A DNA stretch of 64,000 nt from a virus, in IMG/VR virus record IMGVR_UViG_3300008261_000005. The stretch is one strand, 5' to 3'. The notes under the pieces were generated by a model. The model saw only the letters and a list, made by a program, of their open reading frames with translations. It was not told where the DNA came from and searched no databases. The stretch's first letter is position 1. Each line of letters starts with the position of its first letter. The position numbers and the translations under genes were made by a program. Shown here one piece after another: positions 13,702 to 23,453 of this stretch.

Positions 13702-14312
13702 AACAAGAACTAGATAAGTTGTTGTGCGAGAAGTATCCAAAGATGATGGTGAACCGCAACAAGAACATGCAGGAAACTTGTATGTGTTGGGGATTTGAAT
13801 GTGGTGATGGTTGGTTCAATATACTGGACCAGCTCATGGGCAATATTCAGCATCACATTGATTGGAAAGAGAAACAGCGTATTGGCGCTATCAAATACAA
13901 CGAAATGGCCGCTCAGGCCAAGGCTGGCAATTTTGAGCTGTTTGAAGAAACAATGAAAGCCTTGCCCAATGACGAGTACAAAGAAAAACGACTGGCGGAA
14001 ATTGTTGCTGGTGACTTTAGAACTGTACCTGAATCGATTCCACAAGTGACCTTGGACCAAGTTAAAGAAAAGTTTGGTACACTGCGTTTTTACTACTCAG
14101 GTGGAGACGATTATATCAGTGGTATGGTGTCATTGGCAGAAAGCATGACTGGAGTCACTTGCGAAAGCTGTGGCAACACAGGTGAACGCCGAGGCGGCGG
14201 TTGGGTGCATACATATTGCACACCATGTGAAGAGGCACGTGAAGCCAAACGTGCTAAAGAGATGGAAGAATACGAATTTAAAAAAATACTCAAAGAAGGA
14301 AACGAGCAATGA
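13698..14312 (+). CDS. Hypothetical protein with C-terminal CxxC...CxxC
   Basis: QVKEKFGTLRFY and CESCG...YCTPC. Confidence 0.75.
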   Translation: MKQELDKLLCEKYPKMMVNRNKNMQETCMCWGFECGDGWFNILDQLMGNIQHHIDWKEKQRIGAIKYNEMAAQAKAGNFELFEETMKALPNDEYKEKRLAEIVAGDFRTVPESIPQVTLDQVKEKFGTLRFYYSGGDDYISGMVSLAESMTGVTCESCGNTGERRGGGWVHTYCTPCEEAREAKRAKEMEEYEFKKILKEGNEQ

Positions 14313-14485
14313 TGGAAAAATTTATGGAATGGTTTGGTCGTAACCGTATAACGATCGGATATGCTATTGGCGGAATAAATGTGTTGAACGGTGTTGCAAG
14401 TGTAGCATTTGGAGACACGTTAAATGGCGTATTTTTTATTGTGCTAGGTTCAGCAATTATTTTTGATTCAAAGGTGTTCAAATGA
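14309..14485 (+). CDS. Small two-TM membrane protein, 58 aa (not in track)
   Basis: MMEKFMEWFGRNRITIGYAIGG...; overlaps both neighbours by 4 nt. Confidence 0.65.
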   Translation: MMEKFMEWFGRNRITIGYAIGGINVLNGVASVAFGDTLNGVFFIVLGSAIIFDSKVFK

Positions 14486-15054
14486 TTACAATGAAAGAAT
14501 GGATGGAATTGGTTGACTATAAAATCACCGAGGGCAGCAATTATGGTTGGGATTGTTACGGTCCAAACAGCTACTCACTAGATAGTTGGAATGGGGTTCA
14601 CGGTACAGGCGGATACAGTTTTAGCATTGTGTTCAGTACCAAGAGCCAAAAGGTGTATGAAGTCAGCGTGTGCGATTATACCAACAATCGTGCTTATCGA
14701 ATGATTGCTGAAAACAAGCAAGAAAAGTATCGTAAAGAAGCAGAACACAAAAGTGTTCTTGCTAACCAAGCATGGGATGATGTTGACTACGTTAACTTGG
14801 ATGTGGTAGATGACTTTATCCAAAAGTGTTTGGCTATTAAGGCCGGCGAAGATTATGACACAAGAGTGCAAGTACCAGTTGACTTTTCAGACGAAGATCT
14901 GTTAAAATACATGAAGATGGCACATGATCGGGATATGACCTTTAACGAATTTGTTGAAGAAGCATTGCGTAATGTGCTTGAAGAGTTTAAGGCAGGTCGT
15001 CTTACTAAAGATAATTTACCAGCGTTCATAACGGCAAAAGAGTATGAAGATTAA
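14482..15054 (+). CDS. Hypothetical protein
   Basis: Coupled ORF. Confidence 0.75.
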   Translation: MITMKEWMELVDYKITEGSNYGWDCYGPNSYSLDSWNGVHGTGGYSFSIVFSTKSQKVYEVSVCDYTNNRAYRMIAENKQEKYRKEAEHKSVLANQAWDDVDYVNLDVVDDFIQKCLAIKAGEDYDTRVQVPVDFSDEDLLKYMKMAHDRDMTFNEFVEEALRNVLEEFKAGRLTKDNLPAFITAKEYED

Positions 15055-15898
15055 ATTGGTTAGTGACTTACATTTGGAATTTTCGGATTGTTTTATCAAC
15101 AATAACGAAGGTGCCGATGTATTGATTTTGGGTGGCGATATTATGATTGCCCAGGATCTACACGATCATCATGCGGCTGATTTCAATCCATATAGTAATG
15201 GTGCGTTAGCTGACCTTAGCCGTAAGATGCAACGAGTAGCTCGCTTTCGTGATTTCTTCAAACGTTGTAGTTTTCAGTTCCCGCATGTAATTTACATTAT
15301 GGGCAATCACGAATTCTACAACGGCAAGTTCTATGCTGGCATTGATTACATGCGGGAAGAAGTTGCCAAGTACCCAAACATCTATATGTTGGAGCAGGAT
15401 ACTAAAATTATCGACGATGTAGTGTTTGTAGGTGGTACACTTTGGACTAACATGAACAAACGTGATCCACTTACCATGCATGCCATTGAAGGTATGATGA
15501 ACGACTTTCGTATCATCCGAAACGACAAGCGTAACTATGCCGCTATGAGTGCGTTGGATGTTGCTATACGTCACGACAAGACACTGGGATATATCAAACT
15601 CATTGTTGAGGAACACAAGGACAAGAAGTGTGTAGTAGTAGGACATCACAGTCCAAGTTTTCAAAGTATGCATCCAATGTATGCAAATGATACTTTAATG
15701 AACGGTGGATACCACAGTGACTTGGGTGAGTTCATCTTGGATCATCCACAGATTAAACTGTGGACACATGGTCACACCCATCATCCGTTTGATTATATGA
15801 TTGGTGAGACACGTATTGTATGTAATCCACGTGGTTACGAAAACGATGGTTACAGCGAAGATACAGGCTGGGACGAGACTAAAATTTTGGAGATTTAA
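15044..15898 (+). CDS. Calcineurin-like metallophosphoesterase
   Basis: SDLHLE, GGD, GNHE, GHH, HGHTH motifs. Confidence 0.88.
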   Translation: MKIKLVSDLHLEFSDCFINNNEGADVLILGGDIMIAQDLHDHHAADFNPYSNGALADLSRKMQRVARFRDFFKRCSFQFPHVIYIMGNHEFYNGKFYAGIDYMREEVAKYPNIYMLEQDTKIIDDVVFVGGTLWTNMNKRDPLTMHAIEGMMNDFRIIRNDKRNYAAMSALDVAIRHDKTLGYIKLIVEEHKDKKCVVVGHHSPSFQSMHPMYANDTLMNGGYHSDLGEFILDHPQIKLWTHGHTHHPFDYMIGETRIVCNPRGYENDGYSEDTGWDETKILEI

Positions 15899-15900
15899 AA

Positions 15901-16053
15901 ATGGCAGAAGAAAAAGTAATGACTGTAGCACAAATGCTACGAACAACAGCTCAAAATACATTCGAGTTACTTAATAAGGTAGCAGATCATGTTGAGAGAA
16001 TAGAACAAGAAAATGCAGAAATGAAACGGAAACTACATGACGACCTTAAATGA
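15901..16053 (+). CDS. Small coiled-coil protein, 50 aa (not in track)
   Basis: MAEEKVMTVAQML...; fills gap. Confidence 0.55.
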   Translation: MAEEKVMTVAQMLRTTAQNTFELLNKVADHVERIEQENAEMKRKLHDDLK

Positions 16054-16363
16054 AAAAGAATTTGCCGAGTTTAAAATTTGGCTTAAAGGACTATTGGCTG
16101 ACGGTGAGGTAAAACTTGTTTTTACCAAAAAAGACGGAACTGACCGTGAAATGACTTGTACTACAAATGATGCGCTTATTCCAGCTACACCAATTAATGA
16201 ATCAGTTGATACTGAGCCTAAAAAAGAAAAGAAAGTAAACGAAGAAGTTATGCCCGTTTATGATCTTGAAGCACAGGGATGGCGTAGTTTCCGTTGGGAT
16301 AGCGTGAAAGAAGTTAAAATTACAATCGGAGAAGATAGTGAGCACGATACGCAGCCACAGTGA
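16037..16363 (+). CDS. WYL_2/DUF2693-like Sm-fold protein
   Basis: FTKKDGTDREMTCT...VYDLEAQGWRSFRWDSV. Confidence 0.7.
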   Translation: MTTLNEKEFAEFKIWLKGLLADGEVKLVFTKKDGTDREMTCTTNDALIPATPINESVDTEPKKEKKVNEEVMPVYDLEAQGWRSFRWDSVKEVKITIGEDSEHDTQPQ

Positions 16364-16577
16364 CGTTTGTGATGTTAAGAACGTTACAAGCAATAAAGTT
16401 GTAGAAGCAGTTGTCCAAGACTTCAAGGAATTAGACACATTATATGTTATAATAAACAAAAGTGTAAAACTTGCCATGAAGTGGAATGGCCGAGTATACG
16501 AAGGTCGTATGGCTGGTATGGATTTTGTCAGCAATGGTCCTAAAATTTCAGTAATAGAAACCAACATTAGAGGATAA
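16338..16577 (+). CDS. Hypothetical protein
   Basis: GTG-start ORF, coupled. Confidence 0.6.
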   Translation: MSTIRSHSDVCDVKNVTSNKVVEAVVQDFKELDTLYVIINKSVKLAMKWNGRVYEGRMAGMDFVSNGPKISVIETNIRG

Positions 16578-16578
16578 A

Positions 16579-17016
16579 ATGAAAATTGGTCTCAGTTATA
16601 GTAGGTGCATTCGTGACATTGTTGACGGCAAAGTTGACATTGACGATGTGCTAGTCATTATCGCTCGAACAGACTTCGATCCGCATAATGACGACCAATG
16701 GCAGGGAATTTGGCAAGGCTACGGTGGCGGCACACCAATTGCCAGCCGTGGGTTCTTTGGACATAGCAATCCTGAATGGGCTGGCTATACTGATGAAGAT
16801 CAATTCCGTAGTGTAAGTATTGAACTTTGGGAACAGGGCAAGTTTCATCAGCCACGCAAGTTCGGAGCACATCCAAGGCGTCGTCCAGAAATTTGGCTAG
16901 AGGCTGTCCTGCCAAGTAGTGAACTAGAATCAAACCCAGCCGCTAAGAAAGCATGGGACAAGTTTCAAACAGTTGCAAGTTTAACAAATGTAAATTTAGA
17001 TAAGGAATACAAATAA
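16579..17016 (+). CDS. Hypothetical protein
   Basis: AGAGG SD, coupled to clpP. Confidence 0.7.
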   Translation: MKIGLSYSRCIRDIVDGKVDIDDVLVIIARTDFDPHNDDQWQGIWQGYGGGTPIASRGFFGHSNPEWAGYTDEDQFRSVSIELWEQGKFHQPRKFGAHPRRRPEIWLEAVLPSSELESNPAAKKAWDKFQTVASLTNVNLDKEYK

Positions 17017-17636
17017 TGCCTAATTTGGTACCAATGGTAATTGAAAGTGAGCCCAAGGGCGAAAGAGCATATGACATTTATAGTCGTTTGCTCAAGGACC
17101 GTGTTGTTATGTTAGATACGGATGTTAACGAGCATACGTCCAGTTTGATTGTGGCGCAGTTGCTCTTCTTGGAGAGTCAAGGTAATGAAGACATTACTTT
17201 CTTTATTAATAGTCCTGGAGGATCTGTTACTGCTGGCCTTGCTATTTACGATACCATGCAATTTGTAAAACCAGATGTAGCAACCTATGTTATGGGACAA
17301 GCCTGTAGTATGGGCAGTTTCTTAGCACAGGCCGGACATCCAGGAAAACGATTTGTGCTTCCAGAAGCTCGTACTATGATTCACCGTGTTAGTTCGGGAA
17401 CTCCGGGAACACGTGGTAGCGTTCACGTTCAAGAACTTCAGTTTGAAGATGCAAAACGTAGCTTTGAAGAAAGTCAACGTATTAATCAGCGTTTGACAGA
17501 ACTGTATGTTAAGCACAATACAGCGGGCAAAACCTATGCTCAGCTGTACGAAGCTATGAAGTTTGATACATTTTTGAGTGCCGCAGAAGCAGTGGCCTAC
17601 GGCTTGGCTGATAAAGTGATTGAAAAACGACCCTAA
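17016..17636 (+). CDS. clpP: ATP-dependent Clp protease proteolytic subunit
   Basis: YDIYSRLLKDR, INSPGG, ACSMGS (Ser), MIH (His), YGLAD. Confidence 0.95.
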   Translation: MPNLVPMVIESEPKGERAYDIYSRLLKDRVVMLDTDVNEHTSSLIVAQLLFLESQGNEDITFFINSPGGSVTAGLAIYDTMQFVKPDVATYVMGQACSMGSFLAQAGHPGKRFVLPEARTMIHRVSSGTPGTRGSVHVQELQFEDAKRSFEESQRINQRLTELYVKHNTAGKTYAQLYEAMKFDTFLSAAEAVAYGLADKVIEKRP

Positions 17637-17641
17637 ACAAT

Positions 17642-18712
17642 TTAGGCTGGTTTGAGGGATCCGTGCAAACTATTCAAAATCTTAGCACCCATATCGGGTT
17701 CAGTGGCATGAATCACAACTGACAAGATCATGTCGTTCACATTGAAATGTTCAGTGCTGACATGCACTTTGCCGTTGGGTGCATCTACTTTTCCATACTC
17801 ACGTACCCCAGAGCCGTCAGCCCAATTTTTATAGTGTCTTTTTATACTGATTTTCATGTTAGGATACAGTGTGGGTGCAATTAGAATAATATTCTTACTG
17901 AACATCTTGTCAGACTTGTAAGCATAGACCCAATTCATTTCTCTAGGTCCAATGTTGTGACCCGTGTCTCTACTGAATTGTTTTACATCCACTTGTTTGT
18001 ATCCTGGTATATTGGGAGCTCCACCAGGCAGTTCAACACCCTTGCCTTGTTCAAGAAGACTGCCACTGATCATGGCGTTTTTTCTCTGCAATGCGGCTTC
18101 TTTCTGCTTGAATGGTGTGTAATCTTTGACATATCCTTTTGGAAACGCTGGACTGCCCGGAGGTATTCTCCAGTCTCCATCTGGAACTCTAACGTAGAAC
18201 GGTGTGGGAATCCACAAGCCGTTGGCAGGATCTATGTAACCAAAGTCCGGTGCTTTCTTAACACCGGGCGGCCATGTTTTGGGATCTTCAGGATCATCAT
18301 TGATTGGATCAATTTCTGGCCCGTTATAATTTCCGATTGGACCATATGGTTCACGTTTTATACTGTTGGGATTTATAGGTTCAAATTTGGTATCGCCTGA
18401 ATCACTGGAAAAATCTGAAATTTTGCCCGGAGCATTGGATTTGTCGGAGTCAGATTTGTCGGAGTCTGACGAGCCGCTGAATGGATTGAACTTGTCAAGA
18501 AAGTCACCAGCTTTGTCGCCCAGGTCACTGCCAAATTTAGCGGCCTTGTCTCCAAACACTCCACCAATGGTTGATCCTATTTTACGGCCAATCTCGCCTT
18601 CAACAACAGGCTTACTAACAATACGACCAGTTCTAGGATCTAGTTCTCGAATGAATTCGCCACCTTTCTCAATGTGTTCTAAATGGTCTATTAGTTTTCT
18701 TAAATCAATCAT
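17642..18712 (-). CDS. Hypothetical protein, 356 aa, Pro/Gly/Ser-rich
   Basis: Long ORF antisense to neighbours; TAAATA at 18740-18745 on minus strand. Confidence 0.75.
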   Translation of the reverse strand: MIDLRKLIDHLEHIEKGGEFIRELDPRTGRIVSKPVVEGEIGRKIGSTIGGVFGDKAAKFGSDLGDKAGDFLDKFNPFSGSSDSDKSDSDKSNAPGKISDFSSDSGDTKFEPINPNSIKREPYGPIGNYNGPEIDPINDDPEDPKTWPPGVKKAPDFGYIDPANGLWIPTPFYVRVPDGDWRIPPGSPAFPKGYVKDYTPFKQKEAALQRKNAMISGSLLEQGKGVELPGGAPNIPGYKQVDVKQFSRDTGHNIGPREMNWVYAYKSDKMFSKNIILIAPTLYPNMKISIKRHYKNWADGSGVREYGKVDAPNGKVHVSTEHFNVNDMILSVVIHATEPDMGAKILNSLHGSLKPA

Positions 18713-18789
18713 ATTCTAATCCCTGGAAAGGTTATTCAGTATTTATTCAAGTGGCTTCACTTATGCGCTAAATATTTGGATATCACATT

Positions 18790-19377
18790 ATGGAAGGCAA
18801 ACCCGTGAAAAAAATCGACGAATTCAATGCGCAGGATCGCATAAACACCAAGTTGCTGGACAACGGCGTTCACTTCTTGTTGGGCGAAATTGAGGATGTT
18901 AATATAAGTGAAGCTATTAAATGGATTGTTTACGAAAATCTTGATAAAAAACAAGAAAAAGTGCTAACTCTTTATATCAATAGCAGTGGCGGTGATTTGT
19001 ATCAAGCATTTGCTCTGATAGATGTGATGCGGGTGAGTACTCACAAAATACGTACAATTGGTATGGGTAATATTATGAGTGCTGCCTTTTTAATTTTTGC
19101 TTCTGGCGAAAATGGTGAACGCTATATTGCTCCAAATACTGGAATCATGTGTCATCAATTCACTGATGGAATGGATGCCAAGTACCACGATATCAAAGCT
19201 CAAATGAAAGAGTCCGAATATTGCAACATGAGAATGGTAAACATTCTAAAAGAAGTAACCGGATTGGATACTCGATCTGTTAAAAATAAACTTTTGCCAG
19301 CATCTGATGTGTATTTGACTGCTGATGAATTAATCGAATTGGGCGTAGCCGATCATATTTTCCAAGAAAAAGGTTGA
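18790..19377 (+). CDS. Second, divergent ClpP-like protease
   Basis: LYINSSGG, IMSAAFLI, MCHQ, LTADELIELGVAD; TAAATA at 18769. Confidence 0.85.
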   Translation: MEGKPVKKIDEFNAQDRINTKLLDNGVHFLLGEIEDVNISEAIKWIVYENLDKKQEKVLTLYINSSGGDLYQAFALIDVMRVSTHKIRTIGMGNIMSAAFLIFASGENGERYIAPNTGIMCHQFTDGMDAKYHDIKAQMKESEYCNMRMVNILKEVTGLDTRSVKNKLLPASDVYLTADELIELGVADHIFQEKG

Positions 19378-19402
19378 CAACCTTGTAGTTGTTTGCTATA
19401 AT
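19370..19402 (+). promoter_or_regulatory. sigma70 promoter with palindrome over -35
   Basis: AAGGTTG-A-CAACCTT; TTGACA-N17-TATAAT. Confidence 0.75.
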
Positions 19403-19435
19403 ATAGACTAATAAACAACATAATTAGGAAATCAA

Positions 19436-20752
19436 ATGAGCGATCCTTGCTACCGCGTTATTAGTGATTTGGAAATTCATCCAAGTCGCCTAAACAAAGA
19501 AGCTATTATCCAAGCACAAGCTGATGCTGGTAATGACGAATTTTTCGAAGGTTGCCGCTTGGCATTTGATTCAATGATTACATTTGGATTGAAACAGATC
19601 CCGGAGAAAAAAGATGAAGATGGCCCTGGGTTACCTTGGGATAGTTTTACTCTCGCTCTTACTGGCTTTACTACTCGCAACGTCACCGGCAATACAGCAC
19701 GTGACATGATTCAAGCCATGATGAAGTCAGCTACAAAAGCAGAATGGAATGGCTGGTATCGTCGTATTTTGATTAAGGATATGCGAGCCGGTTTCAGCGA
19801 AACTACAGTTAATAAAGTAGTGGGCAAAGAACACAAGAAATATATTATTCCCGTTTTTAGTTGCCAGCTTGCACATGATAGTAACGGACATGAAAGCAAA
19901 GTTGCCGGCAATAAACTGATTGAAGTTAAACTGGATGGTGTGCGTGTTATTACTATTGTTCACCCCGATGGTCGAATTGACCAGTTTTCACGCAACGGTA
20001 AAGAGCTTGTGAACTTTCCGCACGTTAAGGAACAAATTGCAAAAGTTGCACATTCCTTTAAAGAAGCAATGGTGTTGGACGGCGAGATTATGTCGTCCAG
20101 CTTCCAAGATTTGATGAAACAAGTGCATCGTAAGAGTGATGTACAAAGTACAGACGCTGTTCTTAACTTGTTTGATATATTGACACTTGAAGAATTTGAG
20201 AACGGTAAAAGCTCAACCACACAAATCAAACGCAGTCAAGCACTTCAAGATTGGGTCAGTGCTAATCACGAAGCCATGCCCAATGTTAAAGCATTGGTGT
20301 TTGAAAATGTTGATCTTGCCACATCTGAAGGACAGTTGCGTTTTAAAGAAATTAATGCACAGGCGGTTGCTGGCGGTTACGAAGGCATTATGATCAAGGA
20401 TCCAGAAGCTGGATACGAATGTAAGCGTAGTGTTGCATGGCTGAAATTGAAACCTTTTATTGAAGTTAGTCTAGAAGTAGTAGCAGTAGAAGAAGGAACT
20501 GGTAGAAATATTGGAAAACTTGGTGCGCTAGTGTGCGAAGGAGAAGATAATGGACAACGAATTCAAGTCAATGTTGGAAGTGGCTTTACAGACAGTAATC
20601 GCGATACTTATTGGGGCGGGCGTGATGCTCTTATCGGCAATATTGTTGAAGTAAGAGCTGATGCTGTTACTCAAAATCAAGATGGAACGTATAGTTTGCG
20701 CTTCCCTCGATTTTTGAGATTTAGAGGATTTGAGATTGGAGAAAAAATTTAA
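19436..20752 (+). CDS. ATP-dependent DNA ligase
   Basis: KLDGVR, LDGE, EGIMIK, WLKLK, VGSG, LRFP motifs. Confidence 0.95.
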   Translation: MSDPCYRVISDLEIHPSRLNKEAIIQAQADAGNDEFFEGCRLAFDSMITFGLKQIPEKKDEDGPGLPWDSFTLALTGFTTRNVTGNTARDMIQAMMKSATKAEWNGWYRRILIKDMRAGFSETTVNKVVGKEHKKYIIPVFSCQLAHDSNGHESKVAGNKLIEVKLDGVRVITIVHPDGRIDQFSRNGKELVNFPHVKEQIAKVAHSFKEAMVLDGEIMSSSFQDLMKQVHRKSDVQSTDAVLNLFDILTLEEFENGKSSTTQIKRSQALQDWVSANHEAMPNVKALVFENVDLATSEGQLRFKEINAQAVAGGYEGIMIKDPEAGYECKRSVAWLKLKPFIEVSLEVVAVEEGTGRNIGKLGALVCEGEDNGQRIQVNVGSGFTDSNRDTYWGGRDALIGNIVEVRADAVTQNQDGTYSLRFPRFLRFRGFEIGEKI

Positions 20753-21123
20753 TGACAAACCCGTTTAGAGATCAAGAAAAATTTATGAAGGCCTGTGGTC
20801 AAAGTGTTGACAAATATAATCAACAACAATACCTCATGTATGTGGGCCTAATCGAAGAAGAATCAAAAGAGTTTGATCAAGCTCTTTTGGATAATGATAG
20901 AGTTGAACAATTAGATGCTCTTATAGACATACTAGTTGTCACTATTGGTGCTATCCATAGTGGCGGATTTGATGCAGAAGGTGCTTGGAAAGAAGTTATG
21001 AGTACAAACTTTGCCAAGATTGATAAAGATACCGGACTTGTGCGCAAGCGTGAAGATGGTAAAGTACTAAAGCCAATTGGCTGGACTGCTCCAGAATTGG
21101 CGCAATTTATTAAAGGAGAATGA
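20752..21123 (+). CDS. MazG-like nucleotide pyrophosphohydrolase
   Basis: LIEEESKE...DALIDIL...EVMSTNFAK...REDGKVLKP. Confidence 0.8.
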   Translation: MTNPFRDQEKFMKACGQSVDKYNQQQYLMYVGLIEEESKEFDQALLDNDRVEQLDALIDILVVTIGAIHSGGFDAEGAWKEVMSTNFAKIDKDTGLVRKREDGKVLKPIGWTAPELAQFIKGE

Positions 21124-21124
21124 T

Positions 21125-21823
21125 ATGTTTGGAGTAAATTATACAGGCGGTGACGGAACTATTTCGTTCCGTAGTGCTAGTGAAATTAATCAAGCAATGG
21201 GCCGTGTTTACGGACACATGAGTCTGGCTGTACTGGTTAGTATGATTGTTAGTTACTTTGTGGGCACTAGTCCAGAGTTGCTACAATTCTTTTTCACTGG
21301 TGTACTAAAGTGGATTGTGATTTTTGCACCACTTGTTGCAATTTTTGGTATTAGCTATGTTCTGGGTAACAATCCCAGTAAAGAAGTTGCACAATTATGT
21401 TTACATGGCTTTGCGGCACTAATGGGATTGAGCTTTGCTATGATCTTTGCTGTGTTCACTATGGGCAGTATCGTCAGTGCCTTTATGGGTGCGGCAATAT
21501 TGTTTGGTACTATGAGCTTTTACGGTTACTTTACCAAACGTAGTTTGGAGAGCATGGGACAGTTCATGTTTATTGGATTAATTGCTATTGTGATTGCCAG
21601 TATCGTTAACATCTTTATTGGTAGTACTGTTATGGCAACAGTTATTAGTGCGTTAGCAATCATCATCTTCTTGGGTCTTACTGCTTATGATACACAGCGT
21701 ATTCGTGAAGCAGTCAGTGTTGATACTGATCCGGCTGTGGAAGTAACGGGAGCATTGACACTATATATGGACTTTATCAACTTGTTCCTAAACTTGTTAC
21801 AACTTTTTGGCGATAGAAAATGA
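21125..21823 (+). CDS. Bax inhibitor-1/YccA family membrane protein
   Basis: ~7 TM; RVYGHM, GLTAYDTQRI, ALTLYMDFINLFL. Confidence 0.88.
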   Translation: MFGVNYTGGDGTISFRSASEINQAMGRVYGHMSLAVLVSMIVSYFVGTSPELLQFFFTGVLKWIVIFAPLVAIFGISYVLGNNPSKEVAQLCLHGFAALMGLSFAMIFAVFTMGSIVSAFMGAAILFGTMSFYGYFTKRSLESMGQFMFIGLIAIVIASIVNIFIGSTVMATVISALAIIIFLGLTAYDTQRIREAVSVDTDPAVEVTGALTLYMDFINLFLNLLQLFGDRK

Positions 21824-22073
21824 TTAGAGAATTTATCAATATTGTAGAAGGTCTGCGGGTCACTGACGATTGGTTTAAGGATGGCGGGTTCAAAACCTAT
21901 AAGCGTCCTGCTAAAGAGCGTTATGAGATTGCTGACACTCTGGATCGGTTGACACCAGCTGGGGCGAGAAGTTACACTACAATCCAGGCGAAGATGTTAT
22001 TGTTCGTCATGGTGAAAACGACTACGGTGTAGTTAAAAAAGATATTTTTGCACAAACATACGAGAAAGTATAA
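21820..22073 (+). pseudogene. Frameshifted PGDYG-like gene
   Basis: Frame 1 MIREF...YEIAD; -1 frame from 21936 reads HSGSVDTSWGEKLHYNPGEDVIVRHGENDYGVVKKDIFAQTYEKV, stop overlapping next ATG (TAATG). Confidence 0.6.
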
Positions 22074-22912
22074 TGGCACAACATTCACGTTATTGGAGTT
22101 GTACTCCGTTTGCAGACTGGCTTCGCGGCACTAAAAAACTCAGTGCAGGCACTGCCGAAGAATGGGACGACTGGACAACAGCCGCACAAATGAAGCATAA
22201 TTTTCGTTACTGGTTAGCCGAAGAGGGCCTAGGCTACATCCAGGATTTTGTAACTTGGCCCGTTAGAAAGATCTACGATGTTAAGTATTACATCAATAAT
22301 CGCTGGGTTAGCCGTACTCATTCTCTTACCGCTCATACTCGTGATATCAAGCCTGGTGCTTGGTGCGATGTTGGCAATCGGTTCTTGCCATGCCTATTTA
22401 ATGAGTTGGTGGATTTCGTCGAAATCGAATCCGCATGGTCGCACATCGCCTGGGGAGATAAAGAAGCTCGTGCTAAGTATGATCCTCCCTTTTGGGCTAG
22501 CGGTTGGTTCCGTTGGCGCACTTGGCGTTGTCCTCAGGCAGGCCTTGATCATTTAGATTGGGCAATGACTTTGACTAACACTGATTGGTGTGGTCCTGAT
22601 CATCCAGACTACGGCAAGCCAACTGGACAAGCTATCCGTGCAAAAGAAATCAAAGAGTTGTACACATGGTGGACTGTGACCTACCGAAACCGTCCTGACC
22701 CATATGAAGCAAGTGGATGGACCGCGGCCTGCGAAGCAAGTCGTATTGCCAACGGTGGCAAGCTAAATTGGGGACGGGAAAAAGATCCTGTGCTTAAAAA
22801 GGCTAGCGATAAGGCGCACGAGCTACTTCAAAAGATTGAAGCAGACTATGAAAAAGAAGATGAAGCTATGATGATCAGATTAATCAAAGCTCGGGACAGT
22901 TTGTGGACTTGA
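22073..22912 (+). CDS. Hypothetical Trp-rich protein
   Basis: 279-aa ORF. Confidence 0.8.
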   Translation: MAQHSRYWSCTPFADWLRGTKKLSAGTAEEWDDWTTAAQMKHNFRYWLAEEGLGYIQDFVTWPVRKIYDVKYYINNRWVSRTHSLTAHTRDIKPGAWCDVGNRFLPCLFNELVDFVEIESAWSHIAWGDKEARAKYDPPFWASGWFRWRTWRCPQAGLDHLDWAMTLTNTDWCGPDHPDYGKPTGQAIRAKEIKELYTWWTVTYRNRPDPYEASGWTAACEASRIANGGKLNWGREKDPVLKKASDKAHELLQKIEADYEKEDEAMMIRLIKARDSLWT

Positions 22913-22999
22913 CCAATATATGTCAACGTCTATGAGGTCTAAGGCGTTATATATGTATACAGATAGTTTTCTGTATATTAACCTAAAGGAAACTTTAAA

Positions 23000-23230
23000 A
23001 TGAAATCAATCGCAATTTTAGTAGCATCAGTGTTTGCAGTATCAGCATTTGCACAAGCACCTGCTAAGAAAGAAGAAGTTAAGCCTGCTGCTCCAGCCGC
23101 AACAGCAAGTGCTCCAGCACCAGCTAAAGTAGAAGCTAAAAAGGACGAAAAGAAGCCTGCAAAAAGTGACAGTGCAAAGAAAGACGCACCTAAAGCAGAC
23201 GCAAAGCCTGCTACTGCTCCAGCGAAGTAA
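23000..23230 (+). CDS. Small exported Ala/Lys/Pro-rich protein
   Basis: Signal peptide ending AFA; AAGGA SD. Confidence 0.75.
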   Translation: MKSIAILVASVFAVSAFAQAPAKKEEVKPAAPAATASAPAPAKVEAKKDEKKPAKSDSAKKDAPKADAKPATAPAK

Positions 23231-23405
23231 TTTTGGTTTAAACGACAGTGACCTCATAATAGACGATGAGGTCACGTTTGGTCGTAATTTAAAAAGCAGA
23301 ACTTTTGGTAAGATAGTTGAAGATGAATTATCAGATTATGTAAGATTTAGATTATGGCTAGCTAGGCAATTAGCTCTTAAAGCGTATCAAAAAGCCCATG
23401 GATAA
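23166..23405 (+). CDS. Overlapping +1-frame ORF, GTG start
   Basis: Ends ELSDYVRFRLWLARQLALKAYQKAHG just before terminator-like hairpin; start uncertain. Confidence 0.45.
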   Translation: MTVQRKTHLKQTQSLLLLQRSNFGLNDSDLIIDDEVTFGRNLKSRTFGKIVEDELSDYVRFRLWLARQLALKAYQKAHG

Positions 23406-23453
23406 AGCCCGTGGGCTTTCTTTTTGGATAAATATTGGGTAAGGAGCTAAATC

